64,000 nt of DNA from Zootoca vivipara (Eukaryota): positions 80,848,001 through 80,912,000 of the forward strand of contig NC_083276.1 in assembly GCF_963506605.1 (NCBI RefSeq), in the 5' to 3' direction. How positions within the stretch are numbered: the stretch's first letter is position 1; each line of letters begins with the position of its first letter. The translations under genes and the position numbers were made by a program. The notes under the pieces are model-generated. The model was not told the DNA's origin. It saw only the letters and a program-made list of their open reading frames with translations, and searched no databases. Positions 12,222 through 23,345 of this stretch are shown here, piece by piece.

Positions 12222-12707
12222 CCGTGTTTCCCCTTTTTTAAGACGTAGTCATTATATAAGCCATAGCAGGATTTCTAAGCAATTGCGCGATACAAGCCAT
12301 ACCCCGAAAATAAGACATACTGATAGACCCTTCACCCACTAGCAATAACCCCCCTCCCGCCAGCCAACTCCCCCCTTAAAAATCTCTCCCCATTTTGCTG
12401 TCGCTCCACAGACACGTATTTCCTTTAAAAGCTTGTAAAAATGCACCGAACATCCGTAGCTGCTGGCTGCCGAAGCCTTGTGATTTCCCTTCCCCGTTTC
12501 TGAGAGCATTTTTTTAAATAAAAAGATCCAAAAATAATTTTTTTAGCCAAGCTGTGTAAGCTCTACTTGGTGAAGGGGAGAAAAGTGGGGTGGGGAGGAG
12601 ATGAAGGCACGAGGAAGAAAAGAGGGGCCATTGAAGAATGCAAAGGCTGTTTTCCCTTTTAGGGAGAGACCTCCGTGTGCGCGTCTGTCTCTCTCCCCCC
12701 CCCCTGC

Positions 12708-12777
<70 letters not shown>

Positions 12778-13161
12778 GCCCACCTCTCGCTTCCCCCCAC
12801 CTTTCCCTAAATTCCCTTCCATTCAATGCACGTCCCGTGTCTGATTGTTGTCTCATTGCTTTTACCGGGCATAAAGCAGCCTTTTAAAAATCCTGCTGCA
12901 GTTTTCTTTCTACCTTATGCTGCTTGGTTGTCTGTGGAGCTGCCCCTTTAAGGATTTGTAAGTAGTCTGGATCGCAGTCCTTGCCTTGGGGACTTTTTTT
13001 TAGGGCCGGGGAGAGAGGGCTGCACCAGGGACGCACACACCTCCCTTCCCTCAGACTCGTAATAAAAATACCAGTAAGACATCCCACCAAAAATAAGCCA
13101 CCCTGTGGTTTTTTGAGGAAAAAAAGTAATAAGACGGTGTCTTAAAAAGGGGGAAACACGG
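12222..13161. mobile_element. Non-autonomous Tc1/mariner-pogo DNA transposon (940 bp)
   Basis: 23-bp TIRs CCGTGTTTCCCCTTTTTTAAGAC / GTCTTAAAAAGGGGGAAACACGG (1 mismatch), TA on both sides; subterminal sequence homologous to the MITE at 57284-57518. Confidence 0.85.
12708..12777. repeat. Compound (GTCT)n(CT)n(CA)n microsatellite
   Basis: Direct reading; lies inside the DNA transposon. Confidence 0.92.
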
Positions 13162-13547
13162 TAGAAGTGGTTCTTCTTTGCTACACTACACATCTTTTGC
13201 ATTTCCCTGCTGGAAATGCAGTAAGACTGACACAAGTAGTTCATAAGGACCACTTTCCTTCCTCTGCCTCCAGCAGCTCCATACTTGTGGCAAATGAGTC
13301 CTCCGACTCGCTCACCACAAGCAGATGCTACTACTTTGAGGAACATTATCAATTTCCTTGGTGTGGGTTTGAGTGGTGTCATGCAACGAGACCACCCATT
13401 TGTCACAACCAGAGCAAAAAAGTGAATAATAATAGCCGCCCCATATGCATCAACCCTAACAGCAAGGATAACTCAAACAAGGATTTTAGAAAGCATGGAA
13501 AGTTAAGGCAAGGCAGAGCAACATCAGGAACACAGACTAGAACTCAC

Positions 13548-13607
13548 CCTTTCCTTTTCTGACAGCTGCGGCCTTTCTTCAGCTCCACTTCCACCATCTC
13601 CAGATAT
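13548..13607 (-). CDS. COL18A1: Collagen XVIII coding exon with Ser-Gly GAG attachment motif (ISGDGGSGAEERPQLSEKER)
   Basis: cctctttag|ATATCT...GAAAGG|gtgagt; 60 bp, phase 0 to 0; SGDxGSG motif matches vertebrate COL18A1. Confidence 0.92.
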
Positions 13608-14579
13608 CTAAAGAGGTTTTTGTTTAAATGAAAGATAAAGGTAAGCAGAGGATGCAGATGCAAATGAAGGATGGTTGCACTAACTTGATTAAAGCATTCA
13701 ATATAGTCAATTGTTTCTGGGGGGGGGGGACCTTTTAAATGCAAAAGCCGGGCTATGACCATAGCAACAGAAGTTTGGTGTAAAAATATATCAACATGCC
13801 TCCACCATATGCAGAAAACTAATCCTCAAGGCACACTCAGCTGTTGTGAAGTGGTGTCTTCTCTCAACATTTATGGAACCCTTTTCTTCTTAAAAGCTTA
13901 CCTCTTCTCTTAAGTGGGCAAGGAGGATCTCTGCTATAGGCTTCTATCCCTGCCAACCAGGTTAAATCAACAGTGGCAGGTGACAGAGCTTTTTAACTAC
14001 TCTCTTCCTATGGCTCACCCTCCTGCAGGAACCCATTGGCACCAGGTGTTTCTGGGCTTCTGAAGGCAAACGAAGATGGTTTTTTCAAGGCATTTAACCA
14101 AATGGTTTCCTAATTTGCTTGGGATTTATGATAAAATATCTTAGTGGCAGATACAGTCAAACTTGTAAACAGCCTCTGTTTTAAAGAAAAAGTGGCATAG
14201 AAATTCATTGCATAAACAAACACCACTGCAGTCTTGCTCTTTGTTGACTTTAAGATGAGAAATATTTTAACTGGCCAATGGAAATACTATCAAGTGAGGA
14301 CCTGGAAACCAAATAGTTTAATCCAGTGAGCACACTACTTTCTATGGTCTAATAAGACAGTAGAGGAAATTTTCAAAAGGGTCCCCAACCTCTCAAAAGC
14401 ACAAGTCTTCTGATTTTGCAATGACTTCCTGGGATTTGTGAATCAAGTCCCAAGAGGTTCCTCTTCACATTAAGGGATTTCTATACATTATTCTGGGATA
14501 ACAACTCCTTAATTTACTTCATCCTTCTCCTTCCCTGAAAGGAAGGCGGGTCGTTTTGACTACGAGGGAGGCACATATA

Positions 14580-14833
14580 CAGTGATAGCTTGGTTTACGA
14601 ACTTAATCCGTGTTCCGGAAGTCGATTCTTAAACCAAAGCATTCTTAAACCAAGGCGTGCTTTCCCATGGCAGCGGGAGTCTCAATTTACAAACGGAACA
14701 CACTCAACAGGAAGCAGAACATGTTCTGCTTCCAAGGCAAAGTTCACAAACTAAAACACCTGCTTCCGGGTTTGCAGCATTCTTAATCCAAGTTGTTCAT
14801 AAACTAAGCTGTTCTTAAACCAAAGTACCACTG
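14580..14833. mobile_element. Tigger/pogo-type MITE
   Basis: TA-flanked; degenerate TIRs CAGTGATAGCTTGGTTTACGAAC / GTTCTTAAACCAAAGTACCACTG. Confidence 0.75.
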
Positions 14834-15330
14834 TACCAGAAAGAATGCAAAAGGGAGAAACTAGTTCTCAAAATTGCCAATAATTAAGGCTTATTACAGC
14901 TCAGTGCATTTCAGAACAGAAGTTCCTTATTCAGGAGTTATTTTAAACTTCTGAATTCTATAAACTAACCAGACTTTCACAAATCCTACGGTCTGGCTAA
15001 AGAGGTATGCCTTCAGAAAATACTGATCCAGACTGATTATTGATCTGCCACAAGGAGAAGATTGAAAGTTTCCACTTCAAATTAACTGCAGTTTAGCAAG
15101 TTATCTGAATCCTAAACTGTGGTTTATCTCAACTATTTTTTGAGAAAACAAAAAGTTTCATAAGTAATAGTTTTGAATTTGGCTTGTTTCCACTAACCAT
15201 AGTTAAGATTAACCACATCTTCTCATAGTGCTAAATTATGGTTTGGTAGCAGTATGTCTGAACCACCCCGATATACAACAGCTTTAATATGGTCAAATCC
15301 TGAGCCACTTACCATATCAGAATCACTTAC

Positions 15331-15414
15331 CATATCAGAATCATCATCATCTTCCTCACACTGGACATCAGCTGCGTGAGGATCTCCTTTCACTTTCAAT
15401 TCTGCAATTACACC
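15331..15414 (-). CDS. COL18A1: Collagen XVIII coding exon, end of TSPN domain and acidic cluster (GVIAELKVKGDPHAADVQCEEDDDDSDM)
   Basis: ggttttgtag|GGTGTA...GATATG|gtaagt; 84 bp, phase 0 to 0; GVIAELKV motif; the donor is duplicated, giving an alternative exon end at 15313. Confidence 0.94.
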
Positions 15415-15994
15415 CTACAAAACCAGAAACACAGGCATCATTACTTTTTTAGCTTCCATGAAGCAGAGAGCATCACTCCCAGTTGTGGGGGAGTACAGCC
15501 CTCAGGCCTGCACCCTAATGATTGATTACGTTTCCTACTTGATTGTAAGCCAAGAGTCATTTCCGACACAGATGCAGCTTACTCATATTTCCAATGGCAA
15601 TGGCTCTATTTCACAGAGTCCCCCTGGCACAAGCTGCAATGGTTGTTGCATCACTTCTAATTAAAGCGAACTGTTCATTGATCTCTCATTGTAGACCAGA
15701 GATATCCCACCTATGCTGATCAAAACTTTAGCATCCAATGTAAATTATTTACGGCAGGAGAACAAAAAAACATGTGGGAAGGAGGTTGGCAAGCAATGTC
15801 CCTTGTGGTAGAGAGATGGACTTTATATGCCTTTCTGGTCTCTTCAAAATCTATGGTTCTTTCTGATAAGAAGGTTTTTGGGTGGTCAAGCACACAGATT
15901 CAGCATTCCCAGTACCCACAAGTCTCATATGAATTACTTCCCCCCCCCCGAATCTTTGCAGCCTGAGGAGCAAACCAGCAGCAAGATGTTTCAT

Positions 15995-16122
15995 NNNNNN
16001 NNNNNNNNNNNNNNNNNNNNNNNNNNNNNNNNNNNNNNNNNNNNNNNNNNNNNNNNNNNNNNNNNNNNNNNNNNNNNNNNNNNNNNNNNNNNNNNNNNNN
16101 NNNNNNNNNNNNNNNNNNNNNN
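15995..16122. other. Assembly gap (N run)
   Basis: 128 N. Confidence 1.
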
Positions 16123-16865
16123 TTTTCAACTGGAACTCAGTTCTGGCACCTCTCAGGTGGGCATCATTGTCATTCTAAGAGAACGAGGGAGGGGTTCATT
16201 GTGAGTTCTGGCACCTCTTTTTCTAGAAAAATAGCACTGTATAACACAAAATTATTGCACTGCTTGGTATGACTCTCCTCCAGCATCTTCTCTGCCCCCC
16301 TCACTCCCACATACTTCATTTCCAGCATAGTGCTACACTAAAGCACCCATGGGGGTGACTGCCAAGTAGACATCGAAATGTCCAGATTGTCTTTAAGGAG
16401 GTAGTAAGTTTCTTTCATCCGAGCATTTAAGCATGGTTCATATATTTGAGGTAATACACATGGTAGGTCCTTGATTAAATCAGATGCAGTTAAAGTACCA
16501 GTTTGTCGCCGTCGTTTTTCTGCATAAAAGCAGTGCAACTACACAAAACATAAACGTTTTCAGCATCAACTTTTGCAGTACAAGATGAATTAATGAAATA
16601 ACGTCTAGTGTGGCAACCCGATACCTGAATGCTACAATGTTCACACCTGCCTTACTTGCCTCAGATACATTCCAAAGGCTGTGTTTTGCAGTGCCAAACA
16701 AGAGCAGCTGTGGGCATGTAACAGCCTAACCACTTAGGTCCTAGGCACACATGCAGAGCTTAGGAGTTAAGAATGGACTAAAAGTCAGTTTCATTCCTTT
16801 ATGGTCTAGTTTATAAAAGCAGTTTTAACAACTTTGTTCCATCATTTTTGACAGATTGAGAGTTC

Positions 16866-16920
16866 GGAAGGAAGGAAGGAAGGAAGGAAGGAAGGAAGGA
16901 AGGAAGGAAGGAAGGAAGGA
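16866..16920. repeat. (GGAA)n microsatellite
   Basis: Direct reading. Confidence 0.95.
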
Positions 16921-18414
16921 ATGTTTAGAGGAGAAATGTGAACATTTTCTGTTCCCACCACATACTGTTACAGTGAAGCTGATGCCCCCATTCACCCAGC
17001 TCACATTTGTCAGAATCCAAAGCGAACCTAAATATTTTAAATATGTGGGGAGACACTAGCTTTCCTCCTTAAACAAATATGTGACGTGTAGCCTAACTGA
17101 TGCCCATAACTGAGTTTGAGATAAAGCTACGCTTCAAATCAGGCTGATGGGTACCACTAAGAAATACATTGCAGTGTGCCCACTGGTTCCTTGCTTGAGT
17201 TGAACCTTTGCTCTGCAGGCAAAGAGGTGATGACTTGTTCCCATGCAGCCCTAATATGTGATTCATATTTTGTGATTCATCAGACTGTTAGACAGACAAA
17301 GGGGTAGCTTTTAGGCAATGTCAGTTCTCCAGAGCCAAGGGGTGGGGTGAGGGATGCAGGCACTATAAAAAAAATATCATGTGTTAGATGAAATTTTACA
17401 GTGGATCCATTCCATCTGAGTTTACAATTTGGAAGGAAACTGAGAGCACAGCGTGACCATAAGCCAACAAGCTGCCCCTTAAATCTAACGGAACATTCCT
17501 GCTCCAGCCTGCCGACTGAGCCAATTTAATGGGAGTCACTGACAAAAGCCACAGAGGAGGACAAGATAAGTTTTTAACCAAAGTTCTATGTGTGCAGCTG
17601 CCCCTTCAAAGCTATTCTGCAGTAGACTCACAAAGGTTTTTTCATAGCACAGAGAGCATACAAACAGGAGTGATCTCCCTGCCATCTTCTTTCTTCTATG
17701 CTCGCAAAAGCCAAGCAACTCCCTCATTTGCAGGAAAACAGCCGGTCCCATAACTCAAAAGCATATTTCAGTAAACTGTTACAAATGCATGCACCCACAC
17801 ACATTCTCTGCTTTAATTTGAAGAAACTGCTCGTCACAAGTTGTGCAGATCACCTTTGCTTCCCTCAGCCTCTCTGGTGGCTACTGAAATTGCTTACATA
17901 GAGATGGCTTTCAACAAAAATTATGAACATTTAGGAATAGCTCAGATCAGCAGCTTCCATCCTAACTTCTGAGAATTGAAGCAAACCAACGCTTTTGGTG
18001 AACAGCAGATTGATCGGTCTTACATCAGCTAAGAACCAATGACACGCGTTCCTTTCTTTCCTGTTCACAAGCAGCAATGGTTTTAATGAGCCATGTGTGG
18101 TAAAAAATTAGTTGCAAAGAAATATTGCTAAAAGCTCCAGGTATCTCCACTACCAGTTCCCTACTGCCTCTTCACCAGTGATGGATCAAAAGACTTACAA
18201 TGCTGAATCTTTCTATTCTCCTGACTTGATGGCTCTAGATGATGGATAGCCAAGGTGGTACCAATTTTGTGGTACAACAGTGTTTAATTTGGTCTCAGGA
18301 AACCTGCAAGCTCAGAGAGCCTTTAGAAAGAAGCAATCTTTGAAGACCCATTTCTGCAATGGCTCAATTCAAACAAACATCCAAAGTGTGATTTGGAGGA
18401 TAAATTGAGGTATA

Positions 18415-18779
18415 AAGGTAAAGGTAAAGGGGTAAAGGGACCCCTGACCATTAGGTCCAGTCGTGACAGACTCTGGGGTTGCGCGCTCATCTCGCATTAT
18501 TGGCCGAGGAAGCCGGCGTATAGCTTCCAGGTCATGTGGCCAGCATGACAAAGCCACTTCTGGAGAACCAGAGCAGCACACGGAAACACCGTTTACCTTC
18601 CCGCTGTAGCGGTTCCTATTTATCTACTTGCATTTTTTAACGTGCTTTCGAACTGCTAGGTTGGCAGGAGCTGGGACCGAGCAACGGGAGCTCACCCCGT
18701 CACAGGGATTCGAACCGCTGACCTTCTGATCAGCAAGCCCTAGGCTCAGTGGTTTAACCCACAGCGCCACCTGGGTCCC
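18415..18779 (-). mobile_element. Sauria SINE, full length
   Basis: Near-identical reverse complement of 9840-10192; (AAAGGT)n tail; TSD TGAGGTATA (18406-18414) / TGAGTTATA (18780-18788). Confidence 0.92.
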
Positions 18780-18799
18780 TGAGTTATAGTGGATGCCAA

Positions 18800-19085
18800 T
18801 GTGGTCTAGGGGGTATTAGAGGAGGGGTGGCACCTCTGATGTCGTCTTTTTGGGGTAGTTTGTCCACCTTTGGTCCCCATCCTGCACCCAGTTCTCACCT
18901 GCAGCTCCTAGAAAATGTCAGCATGCAACAGCAGCCATACCCAGGAAGCGGATTCAACTGGATGGATAAACTACATGAGGGTAGCCGTGGGGTCTCAAAC
19001 CCTTGGAAAGTTTGGGACTTCCACAGCATGCAAAGGCAGGCTGCAGCAAACTGAGTGGATGAGACCAATAGTGGGTCCAACAGTC
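18800..19085 (+). mobile_element. 5' fragment of an RTE-related non-autonomous element, same family as 59104-59788
   Basis: Colinear similarity to the reverse complement of 59490-59788 (GTCCACCTTTGGTC, CTCCTAGAA, CAAACCCTTGG, GAGTGGATGAGACCA). Confidence 0.6.
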
Positions 19086-19325
19086 ATAGTATAGATTCTG
19101 ATGTTGAATACAGTAGATGGGCAGAATTTAAGGAGGCAGTCAACCACTCCTCACACTTAATCATATTCATCATTGGTGAGCCAACAGCAGTGCTGCCTTT
19201 TCTTGATCATGTATGAAACAAGAACTATAAAGCACCAGCATTCTAAAAAGGTCTTACAATTCAAGACCGCCACTAACCCTTTCTCCTTGCCTTTTTGATA
19301 ATTACCAATTTGACACAGCCATAAC

Positions 19326-19666
19326 CATATCTGCCAAGTCTCCCGTTTTTCGCGGGGAATCCCCCGGATTTTAATCCGTTTCCCGCTGTTATCCCAAATA
19401 GAAAAAAAAAATCCCGTAATTCTCCCGATTTTCTACCTGCCAGGGAGGCTCCTTCTGCGCATGTCTGGACATGCGCAGAACCGATTTCGGGTGCCGCTCT
19501 GCCCATGTCTGGGCACCGGAAATCGGACAGAGCAGCACTGGAAGTCGCTTCTACGCATGTCGTGTAGAAGCGACTTCCAGTGCTGCTCTGCCCATGCGTA
19601 GAAGCGACTTCCGGTGCCGCGCCGCTGCTGATCCCAGATTTTTCAACGGGAGACTTGGCAGCTATG
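19326..19666. mobile_element. hAT-superfamily MITE with internal direct and inverted subrepeats
   Basis: TIRs CATATCTGCCAAGTCTCCCG / CGGGAGACTTGGCAGCTATG; perfect 8-bp TSD GCCATAAC at 19318-19325 and 19667-19674; CpG-rich. Confidence 0.9.
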
Positions 19667-20417
19667 GCCATAACTCTGACCCCCCTTCCTTTCCCATACG
19701 TTTATTATGCTCCCCCCAGGTAGAAGTGAACATTTCTATGCACAGTGAGGTCTTCATCTGGGAGACTGCCAGGGCTCTATGTGGAGGATTTACCAACCGC
19801 ATCTCACTGTAAACACAGCACACAATACATCATCACCTCATGCTCTTAGGGTAAGAGAGTAGAAACAGGAGGCAGGCAAGGACAGGTCAGAGGCTTCAAG
19901 TAGCTGCACGACCAAAAGTGGGGCGAACAGACAAACAAGGTGCTCTTATTCTTAACGAGAGAGCAGTTAAGGACAGGACAGCCTTCTGTGAGGAAATCAG
20001 CAAACAATTTATTGTGATCTCTCTAAAATCCTCCCACTGCTCATCATTCCAATCTTCATTTTGAGGGCGAAGAGAACAAGGAAGCTGCTGGTGGAAACAA
20101 GGTGCAGCTGCTATTATGGAGTAGGTGGGCCAGCTTTGGGTTTCTCATAATCTTTTGCAAGGGGAAAATATTCACAAGCCCCCTTTGCTTACCTTTTTGG
20201 TGTGCTATTCACTGTCTCCCTGAAACTGGTCCTTTCCTTGATATGTAGCATTGGCTAAAAAACAACCTCAAACATTCCATACCAGACACGCCATAATATT
20301 ATAGGCAGCACAATGTTATCAAAGAGCACATCTCATTCAGTTCTGCATTGAAGGCAATTTTTCTTGACCTCACTTTTCAGTATGTTCGCCCTGCTTTGCA
20401 ACTCCTATAAAAACTTG

Positions 20418-20418
20418 A

Positions 20419-20482
<64 letters not shown>
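20418..20482. repeat. (GAAA)n microsatellite
   Basis: Direct reading. Confidence 0.95.
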
Positions 20483-21150
20483 GGGAGGTGCATTTCATGG
20501 GAGAATGGGGCTGAAAGTAGGTTTTTTGTGAAACATACGCTGCTGTTTCAAATCAGCACTAGGCCAAGGGCATTTTAAAATGTATGCCTAAGTCCAAGTT
20601 CCCAATTTTTCTTTTAAACATCTGAATTTCAGAGCCTATGTATGGTTATGTTTTCCTGACTAGGATTTAAAGTTTCTTTCTATGCCAAATCCTTGGTTTC
20701 AAGAACAGAGAGTGATCAATATTAATTCCCTTATTTTTCCCACTCTAAAGGAGGAAAATGCATGTGTTTATAAACTGTAGAATCTTCTCAACAATATTTC
20801 ATCCATTAGCTTTGTTAGGATGCTACAATTTGTTTGCATTCCTGAAGATAATCCACACTTCTTTAGCATTTATTTAGTCTTTACAACTACTGTATACATC
20901 TGAAGCACAACGAATTCTTTCCTAAAAGTTCAATCCAAAACATATATGCCCTGTCTGCATGTAATGCTAAATAATGTTTTAGTGGTATGAGATCAAATCA
21001 CAGTGAGCCTTAAACTCATGTGCACCTCCATACACATCCTCCAGTGTGGCGGTGAAGATGAGACTGGAAGCTTCCAATTCCAATTTAGGTTAACCATAGT
21101 TTAACATTCCATCCAAATCCTAAACTGTAATTAATCTTAACTATCATCGT

Positions 21151-21501
21151 GAACCCAGGTGGTGCTGTGGTTTAAACCACAGAGTCTAGGGCTTGCTGAT
21201 CAGAAGGTCGGCGGTTCGAATCCCTGCAATGGGGTGAGCTCCCATTGCTTGGTCCCAGCTCCTGCCAACCTAGCAGTTCAAAAGCACATCAAAGTGCAAG
21301 TAGATAAATAGGCGGGAAGGTAAACGGCATTTCCGTGCGCTGCTCTGGTTTGCCAGAAGCAGCTTAGTCATGGTGGCCACATGACCCGGAAGCTGTCTGC
21401 GGACAAACACCGGCTCCCTCGGCCTATAGAGCGAGATGAGCGCCGCAATCCCAGAGTCGGACACGACTGGACCTGATGGTCAGGGGCCCCTTTACATTTA
21501 C
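21151..21501 (+). mobile_element. Sauria SINE, more diverged copy
   Basis: Homologous to 9840-10192; TSD-like CTATCATCGT (21141-21150) / CTATCGTCGT (21502-21511). Confidence 0.9.
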
Positions 21502-22132
21502 CTATCGTCGTGAAACTTAACTATCAGTGAAAACAAACTAGCTTCATAAACTGTGATTCAAAGTTGGCTCGTGGTAGGTCATTCCACAGTTCACTGAGAT
21601 GGTAATGAATATTCCAGTTCACATTGGCTTAATTCAGATATAATGACAAACCATGGTTAAACTTTAGCAACAAGCCTGCATGAGCCACAGGCTCACATGT
21701 TACCTGCTTCATTTGGGGGGGGGTGTACAAACTATGTCTAAACTCAAGGAACTGAGGCTCATTCTAACTGGCATCTCACTGGCATCCTGCACAAACTATT
21801 ATGAACCCCATGTAGTATTGACTGTGCCCTTCAACAGTGTTGGATGATATAGTATCACCTACCGCATCAGTGCATCAACATAAACATATTACCCTGTAAC
21901 ACACCAACACTGTGAGGGCATTTCAGTGTAGAAATAGAAGCTAAACTACTTTGGATGGAGGATGCCAGTCATACCTGAACCAAGTAAAGAGCACAACTGA
22001 ACCAAAGCATCTCTTCTGGAATTAAAGAAACCCTTAACTTTTCAAATGTAGAGTGCTTAAATGAGGCTGCACACACCTTCTGCTGTACCCCAAGTGGCAA
22101 TATCTGTCTTTGTGTGCTGTGGATTCCCTATG

Positions 22133-22391
22133 TCAGCCTTTACCAAAGGTGTCATGGGCTTTGAAGACACTCGATCTCAGGTCGCAAGGGAGAAACGTGC
22201 TAAGAGGAAGGCATGCTTGGCAAATCCACACCGTGATCAACTCCCGCCCAGAAACCAATGTCTCCACTGTGGAAGGACGTGTGGATCCAGAAATGGCCTC
22301 CACAGTCACTTACGGACCCATTGCTAAAACCGTGTTTATGGAAGGCAATCTTACTCGGATACGAGTGATCGCCAAAGAAGAAGAAGAAGAA
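22133..22391 (+). mobile_element. RTE-clade LINE 3' end with C-terminal C2H2 zinc finger and (GAA)n tail
   Basis: Encodes CLHCGRTCGSRNGLHSHLRTHC; near-identical to the reverse complement of 62563-62818. Confidence 0.85.
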
Positions 22392-22410
22392 GATGTAAGC
22401 CTTTACTGAT

Positions 22411-22412
<2 letters not shown>

Positions 22413-22444
<32 letters not shown>
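22413..22444. repeat. (GT)n microsatellite
   Basis: Direct reading. Confidence 0.95.
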
Positions 22445-22445
<1 letters not shown>

Positions 22446-23039
22446 GGAATTGCTGCTTTCAAAAGGTAGGTGCACAAAGACTTGAGGTGGGGGATAAATA
22501 AACCACATATTTTGAAACTCTTGATTTACACCAGATCCACAGTACTCCAAACAACCTCTTCAGAAAGATTTCTAAATAGATAAACATTCACTGGCACAGC
22601 TCTAGAGTAAAACTAGTCATCATCTTTTTAAAACACGCAAAAACCTGTGTACACTCACAGGGGTCAAGTCTATTTTTGTATTTTCCATCCAAACCCTGTT
22701 GCAGGCCATGGATGACTCTAATCCTGTTCTTGACCCAATACAAAGCTACCCTTAGACTTATTACATGGAATGTTTCCCCATCTGGAGTCTGATTTAACGC
22801 TCACAGGCAGGATGCCTGAGACAGGGAGGGTAACGAGTTGTGTTCTAATCAGTCTGTTTTGCAGATGGTGCAAAATAAAAGTTTCCTCCAGATTTTGTTC
22901 TTTGAAACAAACCAGAGTTGACACATATTTTAAAAAATCATACTTGCTGACATTTACTGCTCCCTTGCTCTTTTCAGTAAATAAATTAGTCTCCCATTAT
23001 GTCTCATCAAGTGTTTTTGTACTGCTTTTGTACTGTACT

Positions 23040-23345
23040 GTAAGAGGAGTCTTGTTGGATCAGACCAACGGCCCATCTAGTTCAGCATTTTTTTTCCACA
23101 ATGGCCAACCCGATGCAAGCAGGACCTGTGTGCAATAGCTGTCTCTCCCCACTTGTGACTGGTATTCAGAGGCATACTGCTTCCCCACAGTGAGGACAGA
23201 ACATACGTAATCATCATGGCTAGTAGCCATTGATAGCCTCGTCCTCCATGAATTCATATAATCCTCTTCCTAAAGTCATCCAAGTTGGTGGTCGCTACTA
23301 CTTCTCATGGGAACAAATTCCGTAGTTTACCAATGTGCTATGTAA
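23040..23345 (-). mobile_element. Old CR1-like LINE 3' end; related fragments at about 33982-34100, 37501-37652 and 49742-50010
   Basis: Recurrent plus-strand motif (C/T)TGGATCAG(A/G)CCAANGGCCCATCT; family assignment from memory of reptile repeats. Confidence 0.5.

Noticed and set aside
13895-13960. Strong minus-strand donor GAG|gtaagc as an extra COL18A1 exon
   Set aside because: The nearest plausible acceptor gives an immediate in-frame stop, and the flanking exons already join in phase with the expected protein.
19440-19625. CRISPR-like repeat array
   Set aside because: Eukaryotic DNA; the repeats alternate in orientation, lack unique spacers and lie between hAT TIRs.
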